From NCBI GenBank assembly GCA_020718085.1, contig DYDB01000001.1:329575-388770 (forward strand): a DNA stretch of 59,196 nucleotides. Direction: 5' to 3'. Numbering within the stretch: the stretch's first letter is position 1; each line of letters starts with the position of its first letter. Source of the stretch: Micavibrio sp. Lineage in GTDB: Bacteria > Patescibacteriota > Minisyncoccia > Moranbacterales > GCA-2747515. The notes under the pieces were generated by a model. It did not search any database and was not told the origin of the DNA. It saw only the letters and a program-made list of their open reading frames with translations. Position numbers and translations under genes: made by a program. Positions 39,326-48,623 of this stretch are shown one piece after another.

Positions 39326-40237
39326 CTACCTCTTCCTCAAAACATTCTTCATCTCCCCTTTTACAAATGCTTCGATATTTTGAATGGCAATCTCTCTGCC
39401 GTTTGCGATTGCCTGCGTGGTCGAAAATGCGATGTGTGGTGTGACCAATATTTTTTCATTACTCAGTGCTTTTTGATAAAAAGCATTTGTCGTATCGCCG
39501 AAGTCTTCCGGGTCACAATCGATCGCAGCTCCTGCAACGATGTCTGCATTGATCGATGCGATGAGCCCATCGATGTCATAGGTGTACGGTCTGACAAATG
39601 TGATGTAATAACATCCTTTTTTGAGATGCATAAAAAATTCTTCATTCAAAAGATCTTTACTGGATGAATTACAGTTGAGTGCGTTGATGATCAGATCCAC
39701 ATCACGAGACTTTGCCAAGAGGTCATCACCCCTGTCAAAAAATGCCACGTCTATCCCGAATGTTCCACAGAGAACACCGATCTGACTGCCGATGCTTCCA
39801 TGACCGACGATCAATACTTTTTTACCCTGCAGACTCTGTTGCAGTTCAACGGGAAAATTTTCTGTTGCACGAACCATTGGGCCAAATTTTCGAAATAGTG
39901 AGATCGTCATGTACATCACCCACTCAACAATCGAGTCTCTATTCCCACCTTGCGAGTTTGCGACGATGACACCGTTTTTCGCCAACTCGTCAGAATCAAA
40001 AACACCCAGCTCCACATATGGATAGGTGACAAAAACATTTTTGAGTTTGGGGAGACTTTCCAAGAGAAATGCACCATTACTATACAAAACATCTGCATTC
40101 TCCGCTTTGCTGATCAAATCTTCTACGGATACAGGCTCTTCCATGGACACAAGTTCTCCAATCGTTTCTAGTCGTTTCTTATGTTCATCTGCCAAATTTA
40201 TGCCCAAAGTAATGATCTTTTTCATAGTATTTCTCAT
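39326..40237 (-). CDS. D-isomer-specific 2-hydroxyacid dehydrogenase family protein
   Basis: GKKVLIVGHGSIG, AGAAID, LVTPHIAFST. Confidence 0.88.
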   Translation of the reverse strand: MRNTMKKIITLGINLADEHKKRLETIGELVSMEEPVSVEDLISKAENADVLYSNGAFLLESLPKLKNVFVTYPYVELGVFDSDELAKNGVIVANSQGGNRDSIVEWVMYMTISLFRKFGPMVRATENFPVELQQSLQGKKVLIVGHGSIGSQIGVLCGTFGIDVAFFDRGDDLLAKSRDVDLIINALNCNSSSKDLLNEEFFMHLKKGCYYITFVRPYTYDIDGLIASINADIVAGAAIDCDPEDFGDTTNAFYQKALSNEKILVTPHIAFSTTQAIANGREIAIQNIEAFVKGEMKNVLRKR

Positions 40238-40379
40238 TTATGCTTAGATACCTCAAAACTACCCTTAGCATACGCCACAAGAGAAAAATAGACAAACACA
40301 AAATACATATCTCAACACCTTTTCATATAAGCGATAAATCCCGCTCTCATCCTTCGAAAAAGATCACCCACATGCCATA

Positions 40380-41009
40380 TCACAGTTCTATATATCCGGA
40401 CCAACAGGTATGATCTTCTGGCATGTGTACGGAGTGGATCTGCTGATCGTCAAAAATCTCTTCTATGGCCTTTATTGCTCCCGGACAATGCTCATGTCCA
40501 TAATCATCAAAATAGATCACGCCATGTGAGTGCATGATCTTTGGGACATTTTCAGCACAATACTTGACTGGAATATACAAGTCGCAATCAATATGGGAGA
40601 AAGAAACATCTTTTATAGGAAGAGATTTTAAAATTTCTTCCACCTTTCCTTGATATAAAACGATTTGATCTGCCAATCCCCTAGATCTAATGTATTCCTC
40701 CATATCGCGCATATTCGCATCCGCATATTTACCCACAGGATGAACTGGATGCCCATCGGAATACGGATGACCCGCAAAAGTATCAATGCCATAAACCGTA
40801 TATTCCGGGCACACCTCTCGCATTGCTTCCGCCAAAGCAATGAGCGTTCCACCGCGATACACGCCCACTTCCAAAACATTTCCTGGATTTCTTCTGAGAG
40901 TTTCTTTACATTTTCCCACCAAATACGCCAATCTATTCTGAGGGATGACAGTTGTCCCATACGGCACACTGTCTACTGGTGTATTTACATGTATTTTTTC
41001 AGTTTTCAT
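40380..41009 (-). CDS. TylF/MycF-like SAM-dependent methyltransferase
   Basis: LEVGVYRGG, GIDTFAG, HIDCDLY, FDDYG..CPGA..A. Confidence 0.88.
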   Translation of the reverse strand: MKTEKIHVNTPVDSVPYGTTVIPQNRLAYLVGKCKETLRRNPGNVLEVGVYRGGTLIALAEAMREVCPEYTVYGIDTFAGHPYSDGHPVHPVGKYADANMRDMEEYIRSRGLADQIVLYQGKVEEILKSLPIKDVSFSHIDCDLYIPVKYCAENVPKIMHSHGVIYFDDYGHEHCPGAIKAIEEIFDDQQIHSVHMPEDHTCWSGYIEL

Positions 41010-41029
41010 TTTTTAACATTTATGACTTG

Positions 41030-41350
41030 CTAAATGAACTTTCTAAACCGCAATTCATCAATTATCGCACCGAAAAACGATGGATGAACTTTTATCGTAG
41101 CTTCTGTATAATTATTGATCCATCCAAACAATTCATTATCTGTATAACCAGAAACCAATTTTCTTTTTCGGTCTATTGTTCTTTGTCCAAATGCGCTTAT
41201 ATCAGCTTTCTTCAACGCAGTTAATATATTTAACACATCGGTAAGTTTATACATATTCAAATGATCATCATTTCCTTCTCTTTTTTCAGAAGGAGCTGAT
41301 TTTTCTGAACCTTTATTCTTCAAATCTGAAAATTTGATCAATTCACCCAT
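41030..41350 (-). CDS. Hypothetical protein (106 aa)
   Basis: Fills the gap; preceded by a promoter-like repeat. Confidence 0.65.
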   Translation of the reverse strand: MGELIKFSDLKNKGSEKSAPSEKREGNDDHLNMYKLTDVLNILTALKKADISAFGQRTIDRKRKLVSGYTDNELFGWINNYTEATIKVHPSFFGAIIDELRFRKFI

Positions 41351-41381
41351 ATGATTTGCGATTATAATGATGTTTTTATTT

Positions 41382-41407
41382 TATCATCTCCCACTCGGCA
41401 AAACCAG
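41382..41407. repeat. 26-bp direct repeat, copy A
   Basis: TATCATCTCCCACTCGGCAAAACCAG; 24/26 identical to 42331-42356. Confidence 0.85.
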
Positions 41408-41428
41408 TATCGTATATCCAAAAGAATA

Positions 41429-42310
41429 TTATTTTGTAAAACCTAAGACAAAAATTCCTATGATTGCCAGACTGGCTGCGAGTAATTTTCTGATAATTCC
41501 TTTTGTATGTTTCAAAACGAAAAATTCAAATAAAATAATGAGAAATACCTGCGAATTATTTATCGCATCCACTCTGCCAACTTCTCCCCCAAATCGGTAT
41601 GAGGTGAAAGTAAAAAAATTATATAATAAATAACCAACAGCCGATATGACAATCGGTATATACGCACGAATGTCCTTGCCTTTAATTGAATCAATGATTT
41701 TGTTCTTTCCCAAAATAAATCCCCAGCATGATATCAGGAGAAATGACCAAAAAATATATATCATCGGATGAATATCCAGTACGATGCTCTTATCCAGAGT
41801 ATAAAGTATGCCAAAGATCATCCCTGCGGCCAATCCGTATAAATGATTTTTCTCCAAAGCAGCATTTTTATAATTTACGGCAATTATCGCTAATAAGATC
41901 AAACCTATGCCGATAAATTTCATATAATTGACCGACTCAGAAAAAAATACTATTCCAAGAAATGTTGACGTTACTGCAGACAAAGATATAAAAATAGCAG
42001 AAATACTAATATTTTTTACTTGAAAGCTTTTTAGATACAAAATCATTGCCAAAGATCCCAAAAAACTCACACCCATTATTTTTGGAAGAACACTTATATT
42101 GAAAATCAAAAATACTTGGTCAGAAAGACCAAATGCAAAAATAAAAGGTATGGAAAAAACCGACTGAAGCAGAAAGGTCAAAACTGCACTTGCTCTCGCA
42201 CTAAATGGATTTTTTAAATTTAATAGATGTTGTTGGGTCAGTTCTGCAATAGCCAATGCAAAAACTGAGAGAATGCTGAAAGTAAACCACGTCATCCAAT
42301 TTTTTCGCAT
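41429..42310 (-). CDS. EamA/DMT family transporter
   Basis: About 10 TM segments in two repeats; FFSESV....IG..LI. Confidence 0.88.
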   Translation of the reverse strand: MRKNWMTWFTFSILSVFALAIAELTQQHLLNLKNPFSARASAVLTFLLQSVFSIPFIFAFGLSDQVFLIFNISVLPKIMGVSFLGSLAMILYLKSFQVKNISISAIFISLSAVTSTFLGIVFFSESVNYMKFIGIGLILLAIIAVNYKNAALEKNHLYGLAAGMIFGILYTLDKSIVLDIHPMIYIFWSFLLISCWGFILGKNKIIDSIKGKDIRAYIPIVISAVGYLLYNFFTFTSYRFGGEVGRVDAINNSQVFLIILFEFFVLKHTKGIIRKLLAASLAIIGIFVLGFTK

Positions 42311-42330
42311 TAATAGTTATATTGTCATCA

Positions 42331-42356
42331 TATCATCCCCCACTCGGCAAATCCAG
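42331..42356. repeat. 26-bp direct repeat, copy B
   Basis: TATCATCCCCCACTCGGCAAATCCAG. Confidence 0.85.
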
Positions 42357-42460
42357 ATTAGATAAAATTTAAAACAACTATCTATCCATATAAAATTTAA
42401 AGGGCAAAACAAACAATTGTTGTTTCGCCCTTGTATATCTACAAATTCTGCAGTATTCAA

Positions 42461-43105
42461 TTAAAACTGGATAATACCTTCATTCTTCTGACTCAAAATG
42501 TCTCGATAATCTATGCCGATAATCTCGATCTCACCTGAGTTTGCCAGAAGTTCTTTCATGCGCGAAACAATTCTACCGATCGTATCAACCGTTTTCACAC
42601 GTTCCAAAATTCCTTCCTTAAATGGAAAATTGCACGTTGCAATGACCATGCGACGTTCCTCATAGATCATTTGCACGAACCGCATAAAACATACAATATC
42701 CGTTCTCGGATGAAGGTCGTGGACAGCTTGATACTTCGCAAAAAGATCATCGATGATGACAATTGGCTTGCGATCGTAATCAAACGGCAAAGCAATATTA
42801 TCAAGCGTAAAATCAGATCTGGCAAGATAGATCATTCTCAGCATATTAGGTGCCTTGTCCTTGATCTCATTGATCAGCGCTTCGATAAGATACGTTTTTC
42901 CCCTACCAGGCAAGCCCCACAAAATCAACATCTGCGCGTGATCAAAAGGATATTGAGCCGATGTGATCTTTTCCTCCAATGATATCAGTACATGCGCTAA
43001 TCTCTCCACCCTATCTGCAATAATCGAAAGCTCTTCACTATACCGATCCAGTTCTGTAAATCTGGCTGTTGGTCTGACTTGGTCAATGCAATTACCCCTA
43101 GCCAT
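42461..43105 (-). CDS. DnaC/IstB/ZapE-like AAA+ ATPase
   Basis: LILWGLPGRGKTYL, IIDDL, IATCN, RIVSR, G.DYR; SD AAGGAGG supports the start at MARG. Confidence 0.8.
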   Translation of the reverse strand: MARGNCIDQVRPTARFTELDRYSEELSIIADRVERLAHVLISLEEKITSAQYPFDHAQMLILWGLPGRGKTYLIEALINEIKDKAPNMLRMIYLARSDFTLDNIALPFDYDRKPIVIIDDLFAKYQAVHDLHPRTDIVCFMRFVQMIYEERRMVIATCNFPFKEGILERVKTVDTIGRIVSRMKELLANSGEIEIIGIDYRDILSQKNEGIIQF

Positions 43106-43293
43106 TCTCATCCTCCTTGTGTTTGCTATACAGGATTGATAAATTTCTATCATGCATTATTATAAAGTATTTGCGTGACAATTCTCACCATCATTCATTG
43201 TAAAATAAACTATGACAGAGTATTGTACCATTTTTTACACAAATAGTCAATCATATTACAGCCATTACACAAATCCATTCTTACTAAGACTCG

Positions 43294-43394
43294 TGTCTTC
43301 GCGAGAAGTGCAACGACGAAGCGGTCTCCCGTGTATATGTATTTTTTCGAATAATAATTGAGATTTCTTCGTCGCCATGCTCCTCGCAATGACA
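43294..43394. repeat. Palindromic REP/MITE-like element (GTCATTGCGAG...CTCGCAATGAC type)
   Basis: Imperfect inverted arms TGTCTTCGCGAGAAG..CGACGAAGCGGTCTC / GAGATTTCTTCGTCG..CTCCTCGCAATGACA. Confidence 0.7.
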
Positions 43395-43417
43395 TATATT
43401 TTATTATTTTCAGAAAA

Positions 43418-43450
43418 AAGCTCCATCGATCATTACGACCGATGGAGCTT
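43418..43450 (-). terminator. purL terminator
   Basis: AAGCTCCATCG/CGATGGAGCTT stem with T-tract on the minus strand. Confidence 0.8.
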
Positions 43451-43470
43451 ATACGATTCCTCCTTGTTTC

Positions 43471-46400
43471 TTAATTGTATGATTTCGTTTTTTCACACCA
43501 CGCTCTGGCATTTTGGAACATTTTGAGCCATGGTGAAGCTTCAAACGCAGTTCTCATCCACTCCGGCATCCATGACGCTTGCCACGGGAGAACCGTTCTT
43601 TCCGGATGTGGCATCATCGCGAGATGTCGCCCGTCCGGTGAACAAAGTCCTGTGATACCATACGGCGATCCATTGGGATTGAACGGGTAGCTATGTGACA
43701 CTTCGCCGTCAGAACTGCCTTCGTCATCTACAAACACTACCGGCGCAAGATCATCCAAGAGAATCTGATCCATGATCGTTGGATCGGGAAAATGTAATCT
43801 TCCCTCACCATGATCCACCCATGCACCAAATGTCATGCCTTCCATACCTTTCAGCATCATGGCAGGACTTTTTTGGATCCGCACGGTTGACCAGCGTGAC
43901 TCAAATCTTCCGGAACTATTGCGTACGAATCGCGGCTGTCTTTCATCAGACAAACCATACCACGGCACCCATCCGAGAAGCGCAAAGAGTTGACACCCAT
44001 TGCACACACCCAACGTGAATGTATCCGACCGATTATAAAATTCCGCGAACATCTTGTTGAGCTTTTCATTACACCGGATCGTTGCCGCCCATCCCTTGGC
44101 ACTTTCCGGCACATCAGCATACGAGAAGCCACCGACAGCGACAAGTCCCCTGAATCGATCCAACGTCACCACACCATTCAAGAGATCCGTCATCGTGACA
44201 TCCTGTACGTCAAATCCTGCACCGTAGAAAGCCGACGTCATCTCGCGATCACCGTTACTTCCCTCCTCACGCAAGATCGCCACGCGCGGTTTTTCTACTG
44301 CTTCCATGAACTGCATTGGAGTCATGCGAGGTGTAAATGGCACAATGTACTTTGGACCTTTACGATCAAAAATGTTTCGTTTTTCCTGATCGACACACTG
44401 AGGATTTGCTTGCAAGCGCTCAAGTTGATAGGATGTCTCTTCCCACCAACCACGCAATATGCGCATATCTTCATGCAATAAAGCTTTCCTGGCACAATCC
44501 TCGACCAATACCGTTTTGTTGATCAAAGTGAGTCCGATCTCCTCGAACGGCACATTAAAATCATCCAACACTTTCCGTACAGGATCATGTGTAACGCCCT
44601 GATCATCTTCCGTACTGAATTGACATTCGATGACCAAGCCCGCTTCTTCTGCAAACCAATCCATTGTTGTGTGTGTTGCTTCACTTGCACAAAAACCACA
44701 GTTTCCTGCAAATGCCATCTCCAACAGCGTCACGATAAGCCCGCCATCGGACACATCATGACCAGCCAGGACTAAGCCCTGATCGATCAACTTTTGTACT
44801 GCCAAAAATGCACGTCTGAGCAGATTCGGATCGTTCATATCGGGACTCTCATCTCCGATCTGACCATACACCTGCGCCAACGCAGAACCGCCCAGTCTTT
44901 TCTTCCCTCCTGAAAGATCGATATAGATGATACGACTGTTGCCGGGATCTTTGAAATCCGGTGTGATCACCTGGTTAACATTGGCCATCGTTGCATACGC
45001 AGAAATGACCAATTGCCTCGGGGACTTCACAATCTCTTCACCGATACGCGTCGCCATGGACAAACTGTCTTTACCACCGTCCACAGCAAGACCTACACTG
45101 ATCATGAGATCTCTCATTGCACAGGCTGCATCATAAAGTGCAGCACCTTCACCCGGAAGTTTCGGTGCCCACATCCAATTGGCGGAACACTTCACTTGTT
45201 CAAGATCATTGATCCGCGCCCAGACCAGATTGGTTAAAGCTTCCGTTACCGCCATGCGCGCACCCCGTGCAGGATCGACCAACATTTTGATCGGCTGTTC
45301 ACCAATCGCTGTTGCTATTCCCGTAAGACCGAAGTGACTCTGTGCCACAACGGCCACGTCACTTACTGGCAACTGCAACGGACCACAACACTGTTGCCTC
45401 GCAATGAGACCTGTCACACTACGATCCACCTTGTTCATCAGAAATCTTTTGGAGCCGACAGAGATCAATCGCAACACGCGCCACAAGGCATCTTCCATCG
45501 ACAATTGCTCAGGAAGTGTAACTGGCTCAAATGTGCGCACGATCCTTTCATCTGTAAATGTTTTTTGTGGCATGTTGCCAAAGAGATCAACAAGATCCAA
45601 ATTCACAGGGACAACTTCTTCCCGTGTGCCACCGATCAATACTGCAGCTGAATCTGTTACGACGAATTTTCCATCCCCTGTCACCACACCAAGCACTTCA
45701 CACGGCACCTTCTCACGTGCGCAGATCGCCATGAACTTTTCACGATCATCTTCACAAATGAGCAGACCGTTCCTCTCTTGGAATTCACATACCCAGATCT
45801 CCAGCGCTGACAGCGTTGGATCTCCACAGTTGATCCTGCGCAACTCCACATTACCACCGGCTTTTTCCACCAGTTCTTTGAGCACATTGGCAGGTCCGCC
45901 GGCACCTTGATCGTGAATGCTCACGATCAGATTACGCTTCCACATCTCAACGCATGCTCTGATGACACGATTGACCTTTTGCGCCATTTCTGCGTCACCG
46001 CGTTGTACAGCATTAAAATCAAGTTCTGTTTTATTCTCTCCTTGGAGCATGCTTGATGCCGCTCCGCCACAAAATCCGATTCTGTATGCCGGTCCACCAA
46101 TCTGCACGATCAACATGCCTTTGATAGCCTCTTGCTTTTTCACATGGGATTGTTCGATCTGACCAATGCCTCCGGTGAACATGATGGGTTTTACAAATTC
46201 CCATCGTTCCCCTACGACTCGCAATCCGAATGATCTGACAAATCCCTGGATCACCGGCTCGCCAAACTTATTGCCGTAATCCGATGCGCCATTGGATGCG
46301 CCGATACCGATCTCACATGCTGTTGCCAACGTCTCGGGATAAACAAACGAATGATCTTCCCATGGAAGGTCATATCCGGGAATCCGCAGATTGCCGAAAC

Positions 46401-47355
46401 AATATCCTGCGGTACCGGCAATTACCAAACCACCACACCCTGTTGCCTGCACATCACGAATCCGCCCACCCGTTCCGGTTTCTGCACCGGGAAAAGGTGC
46501 TACGCCCGTCGGGAAATTATGTGTTTCTGCTGTGAGAAGTGGATGATAAGTTGGTTGGTATAACCGAAAAATTGATGATTGACCTGGATTTTCCGGCATG
46601 ATCGTTTGCACTTCACAACCCTCGATCACGCTTGAATTGTCACAGAATGCCAGCAGACTTCCCTTCGGGTGTGCTGTCAACGTAGACTGCACGATCTGCA
46701 TGAGCGTCTCAAGCATTTCCTCGCCATTGATCACCATCTTACCCTTGAAAAATCCATGACGGGAATGTTCCGAATTGGCGTTGTTGAGATCCATGATCTC
46801 CACGATCGTCGGATTCCTGCCACATCGTAAGGCAAAATATTCGTAATACATATTGCGGTCAAACGCATCCATCGAAATACCTGGAATATCCAGAAGAGCA
46901 TCAGGACCTTTTTCCTTTAGCGGAACCGTATACACTTTTTCAGGCACAAGACCTGTTTCAAAAGTTTTTAGCGGTTCAGGATATTCCATCTCTGTCATAC
47001 GGTCATGATATGTACGGATAAATGTTGCACGATCGGTTTTCGGGGACAATTCATATCTCCGCGATCGTTCGACACGCACGACTTTGTGCAATCCGCAACT
47101 CTTGCAGATTGACACCAAATTCGACGACCATGCCGTCGCAAAGTTCATCCGCGGACCAAGCTCAACGATATTTTTTCCACTGCACTGCGATGTTGTAGAG
47201 ATCTTGCTCATCACAAAACCCTCTGTGAGGATCGCTACGAGCACAGAAAGCTCATCATCATTGAGTAGTGGTATCGTTGTTTCCACGTTGAAAACCCACT
47301 CCATTTTTTCTACACCAACAGGCAAATCATTTGCTCCCAGATAAAATTGCTGCAT
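43471..47355 (-). CDS. purL: Phosphoribosylformylglycinamidine synthase, large single-chain type
   Basis: NSEHSRH, AETHNFPT..PFPGAETGTGGRIRD, HDQGAGG, DGGKDSLSM, glutaminase GVCNGCQ and MPHPER; SD AAGGAG. Confidence 0.97.
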   Translation of the reverse strand: MQQFYLGANDLPVGVEKMEWVFNVETTIPLLNDDELSVLVAILTEGFVMSKISTTSQCSGKNIVELGPRMNFATAWSSNLVSICKSCGLHKVVRVERSRRYELSPKTDRATFIRTYHDRMTEMEYPEPLKTFETGLVPEKVYTVPLKEKGPDALLDIPGISMDAFDRNMYYEYFALRCGRNPTIVEIMDLNNANSEHSRHGFFKGKMVINGEEMLETLMQIVQSTLTAHPKGSLLAFCDNSSVIEGCEVQTIMPENPGQSSIFRLYQPTYHPLLTAETHNFPTGVAPFPGAETGTGGRIRDVQATGCGGLVIAGTAGYCFGNLRIPGYDLPWEDHSFVYPETLATACEIGIGASNGASDYGNKFGEPVIQGFVRSFGLRVVGERWEFVKPIMFTGGIGQIEQSHVKKQEAIKGMLIVQIGGPAYRIGFCGGAASSMLQGENKTELDFNAVQRGDAEMAQKVNRVIRACVEMWKRNLIVSIHDQGAGGPANVLKELVEKAGGNVELRRINCGDPTLSALEIWVCEFQERNGLLICEDDREKFMAICAREKVPCEVLGVVTGDGKFVVTDSAAVLIGGTREEVVPVNLDLVDLFGNMPQKTFTDERIVRTFEPVTLPEQLSMEDALWRVLRLISVGSKRFLMNKVDRSVTGLIARQQCCGPLQLPVSDVAVVAQSHFGLTGIATAIGEQPIKMLVDPARGARMAVTEALTNLVWARINDLEQVKCSANWMWAPKLPGEGAALYDAACAMRDLMISVGLAVDGGKDSLSMATRIGEEIVKSPRQLVISAYATMANVNQVITPDFKDPGNSRIIYIDLSGGKKRLGGSALAQVYGQIGDESPDMNDPNLLRRAFLAVQKLIDQGLVLAGHDVSDGGLIVTLLEMAFAGNCGFCASEATHTTMDWFAEEAGLVIECQFSTEDDQGVTHDPVRKVLDDFNVPFEEIGLTLINKTVLVEDCARKALLHEDMRILRGWWEETSYQLERLQANPQCVDQEKRNIFDRKGPKYIVPFTPRMTPMQFMEAVEKPRVAILREEGSNGDREMTSAFYGAGFDVQDVTMTDLLNGVVTLDRFRGLVAVGGFSYADVPESAKGWAATIRCNEKLNKMFAEFYNRSDTFTLGVCNGCQLFALLGWVPWYGLSDERQPRFVRNSSGRFESRWSTVRIQKSPAMMLKGMEGMTFGAWVDHGEGRLHFPDPTIMDQILLDDLAPVVFVDDEGSSDGEVSHSYPFNPNGSPYGITGLCSPDGRHLAMMPHPERTVLPWQASWMPEWMRTAFEASPWLKMFQNARAWCEKTKSYN

Positions 47356-47618
47356 GATCTGTTCTCCTTTTCGTTCGTTGAATTGACACTGCGCCAAAAA
47401 AATGATTCACATATCTCTTGTATTTGTGTGTATAAAAACACGTTTGTAAAGGACTATATGCTCACATAAAGTGAGTTATCCATTGTAACAAAGCCACTTG
47501 AAATAGCAATGCCATGAATGATTGGTTATTAAATTATTTTTAAAAATGTATGCGGGTTATTCGTCGATTCACTCCTTCCGCCAAAGGACGGACAGGCGCA
47601 AAAACATATTTAAAAATG

Positions 47619-47655
47619 AAAAGTCCCATCGGCTATATAGCCAACAGGACTTTTT
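47619..47655 (-). terminator. purN terminator
   Basis: AAAAGTCC..GGCTA-ta-TAGCC..GGACTTTT. Confidence 0.7.
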
Positions 47656-47674
47656 ACACACAAAAAACACTTTT

Positions 47675-48457
47675 TCAACTGATCTGGACGATCCTTTTTC
47701 CATTGACGCCTTCGACCACCCGCAATCTGTCCTCCGCATAAAGTTGGATGCATCGCGGATACAGGATCCATTCCTGCTCAAGACCTCTGTTCTTAAAAGA
47801 CTCGAATTTTTCTCCAGGAAAAACGGGGAAGGTGATTTGATCAATGATCGGACCGGTATCCTCACCATAGTCGACGAAATGCACCGTAGACGCACCAACC
47901 TTGCACCCATTGTTGAAAGTGTCCTCATATCCGTTGGTGCCGGGAAATGCAGGCAGATATGCTGGATGGATATTCGTGATTCGTGGCTTCGACGGGTCCG
48001 TATTGATCTGATCGATAAAGAATGCCGTGAAATTTCGCATGAATCCCGCCAAAGCCAGGAGATCAAACTCATACTTCTCGATCTCGCGGAGCAGTTCATT
48101 TTCTATGACAATCCGTTTATAAAGCCATGCCACACGTTTATCCGGTTCAGTGATGTGCGGTGGCACAATGCCCATGCTCTTTCTTATATACGTTTGCAAC
48201 TGATCAAGCTGATACTCCGTTTTCATCAGATCGGCGTACCCCGTGATATTCCGACCGATCTGTTTATAGTCCACCACAAATGTCGGGATGTGACGAACTG
48301 TTGCCCGCGTCAAACCTTTAACACCCGGCACATCAGATCCCACAAAAACCACATCGCCGTCGATACGATCATCTTCACACGCATCCATGATCGCACGTAA
48401 ATTTGAACCACTTCCAGAGAGCAACACACCTATTTTCAGTCTCTTCACAGCAGCCAT
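47675..48457 (-). CDS. purN: Phosphoribosylglycinamide formyltransferase (with ~45-aa insertion)
   Basis: VLLSGSGSNL, LAGFMR, NIHPAYLPAFPG, TVHFV....DTGPII. Confidence 0.95.
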   Translation of the reverse strand: MAAVKRLKIGVLLSGSGSNLRAIMDACEDDRIDGDVVFVGSDVPGVKGLTRATVRHIPTFVVDYKQIGRNITGYADLMKTEYQLDQLQTYIRKSMGIVPPHITEPDKRVAWLYKRIVIENELLREIEKYEFDLLALAGFMRNFTAFFIDQINTDPSKPRITNIHPAYLPAFPGTNGYEDTFNNGCKVGASTVHFVDYGEDTGPIIDQITFPVFPGEKFESFKNRGLEQEWILYPRCIQLYAEDRLRVVEGVNGKRIVQIS

Positions 48458-48579
48458 ACAAGCACCTCTTTAAGTTTATGGTTGAACTACGATGAAAAAT
48501 AGTGAGTATTTACAAAGAACGCTACTTACACAAAGCAAGTCACTCATTATAGCAAAAACGCACAAAATGACAAATAAAG

Positions 48580-48610
48580 AAGTCGCCTTTCTCACAGGAG
48601 AGGCGACTTC
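48580..48610 (-). terminator. Hairpin between purM and purN
   Basis: AAGTCGCCTTTC..GAGAGGCGACTT followed by T-rich sequence on the minus strand. Confidence 0.65.
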
Positions 48611-48623
48611 GTCACAAATTCGA

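Noticed and set aside
42461..43105. IS21 element
   Set aside because: No IstA transposase and no terminal inverted repeats around the ATPase.
43210..43395. 61-aa minus-strand ORF
   Set aside because: It is a translation of the palindromic repeat.
47522..48400. 292-aa plus-strand ORF
   Set aside because: Antisense shadow of purN; no recognisable motifs.
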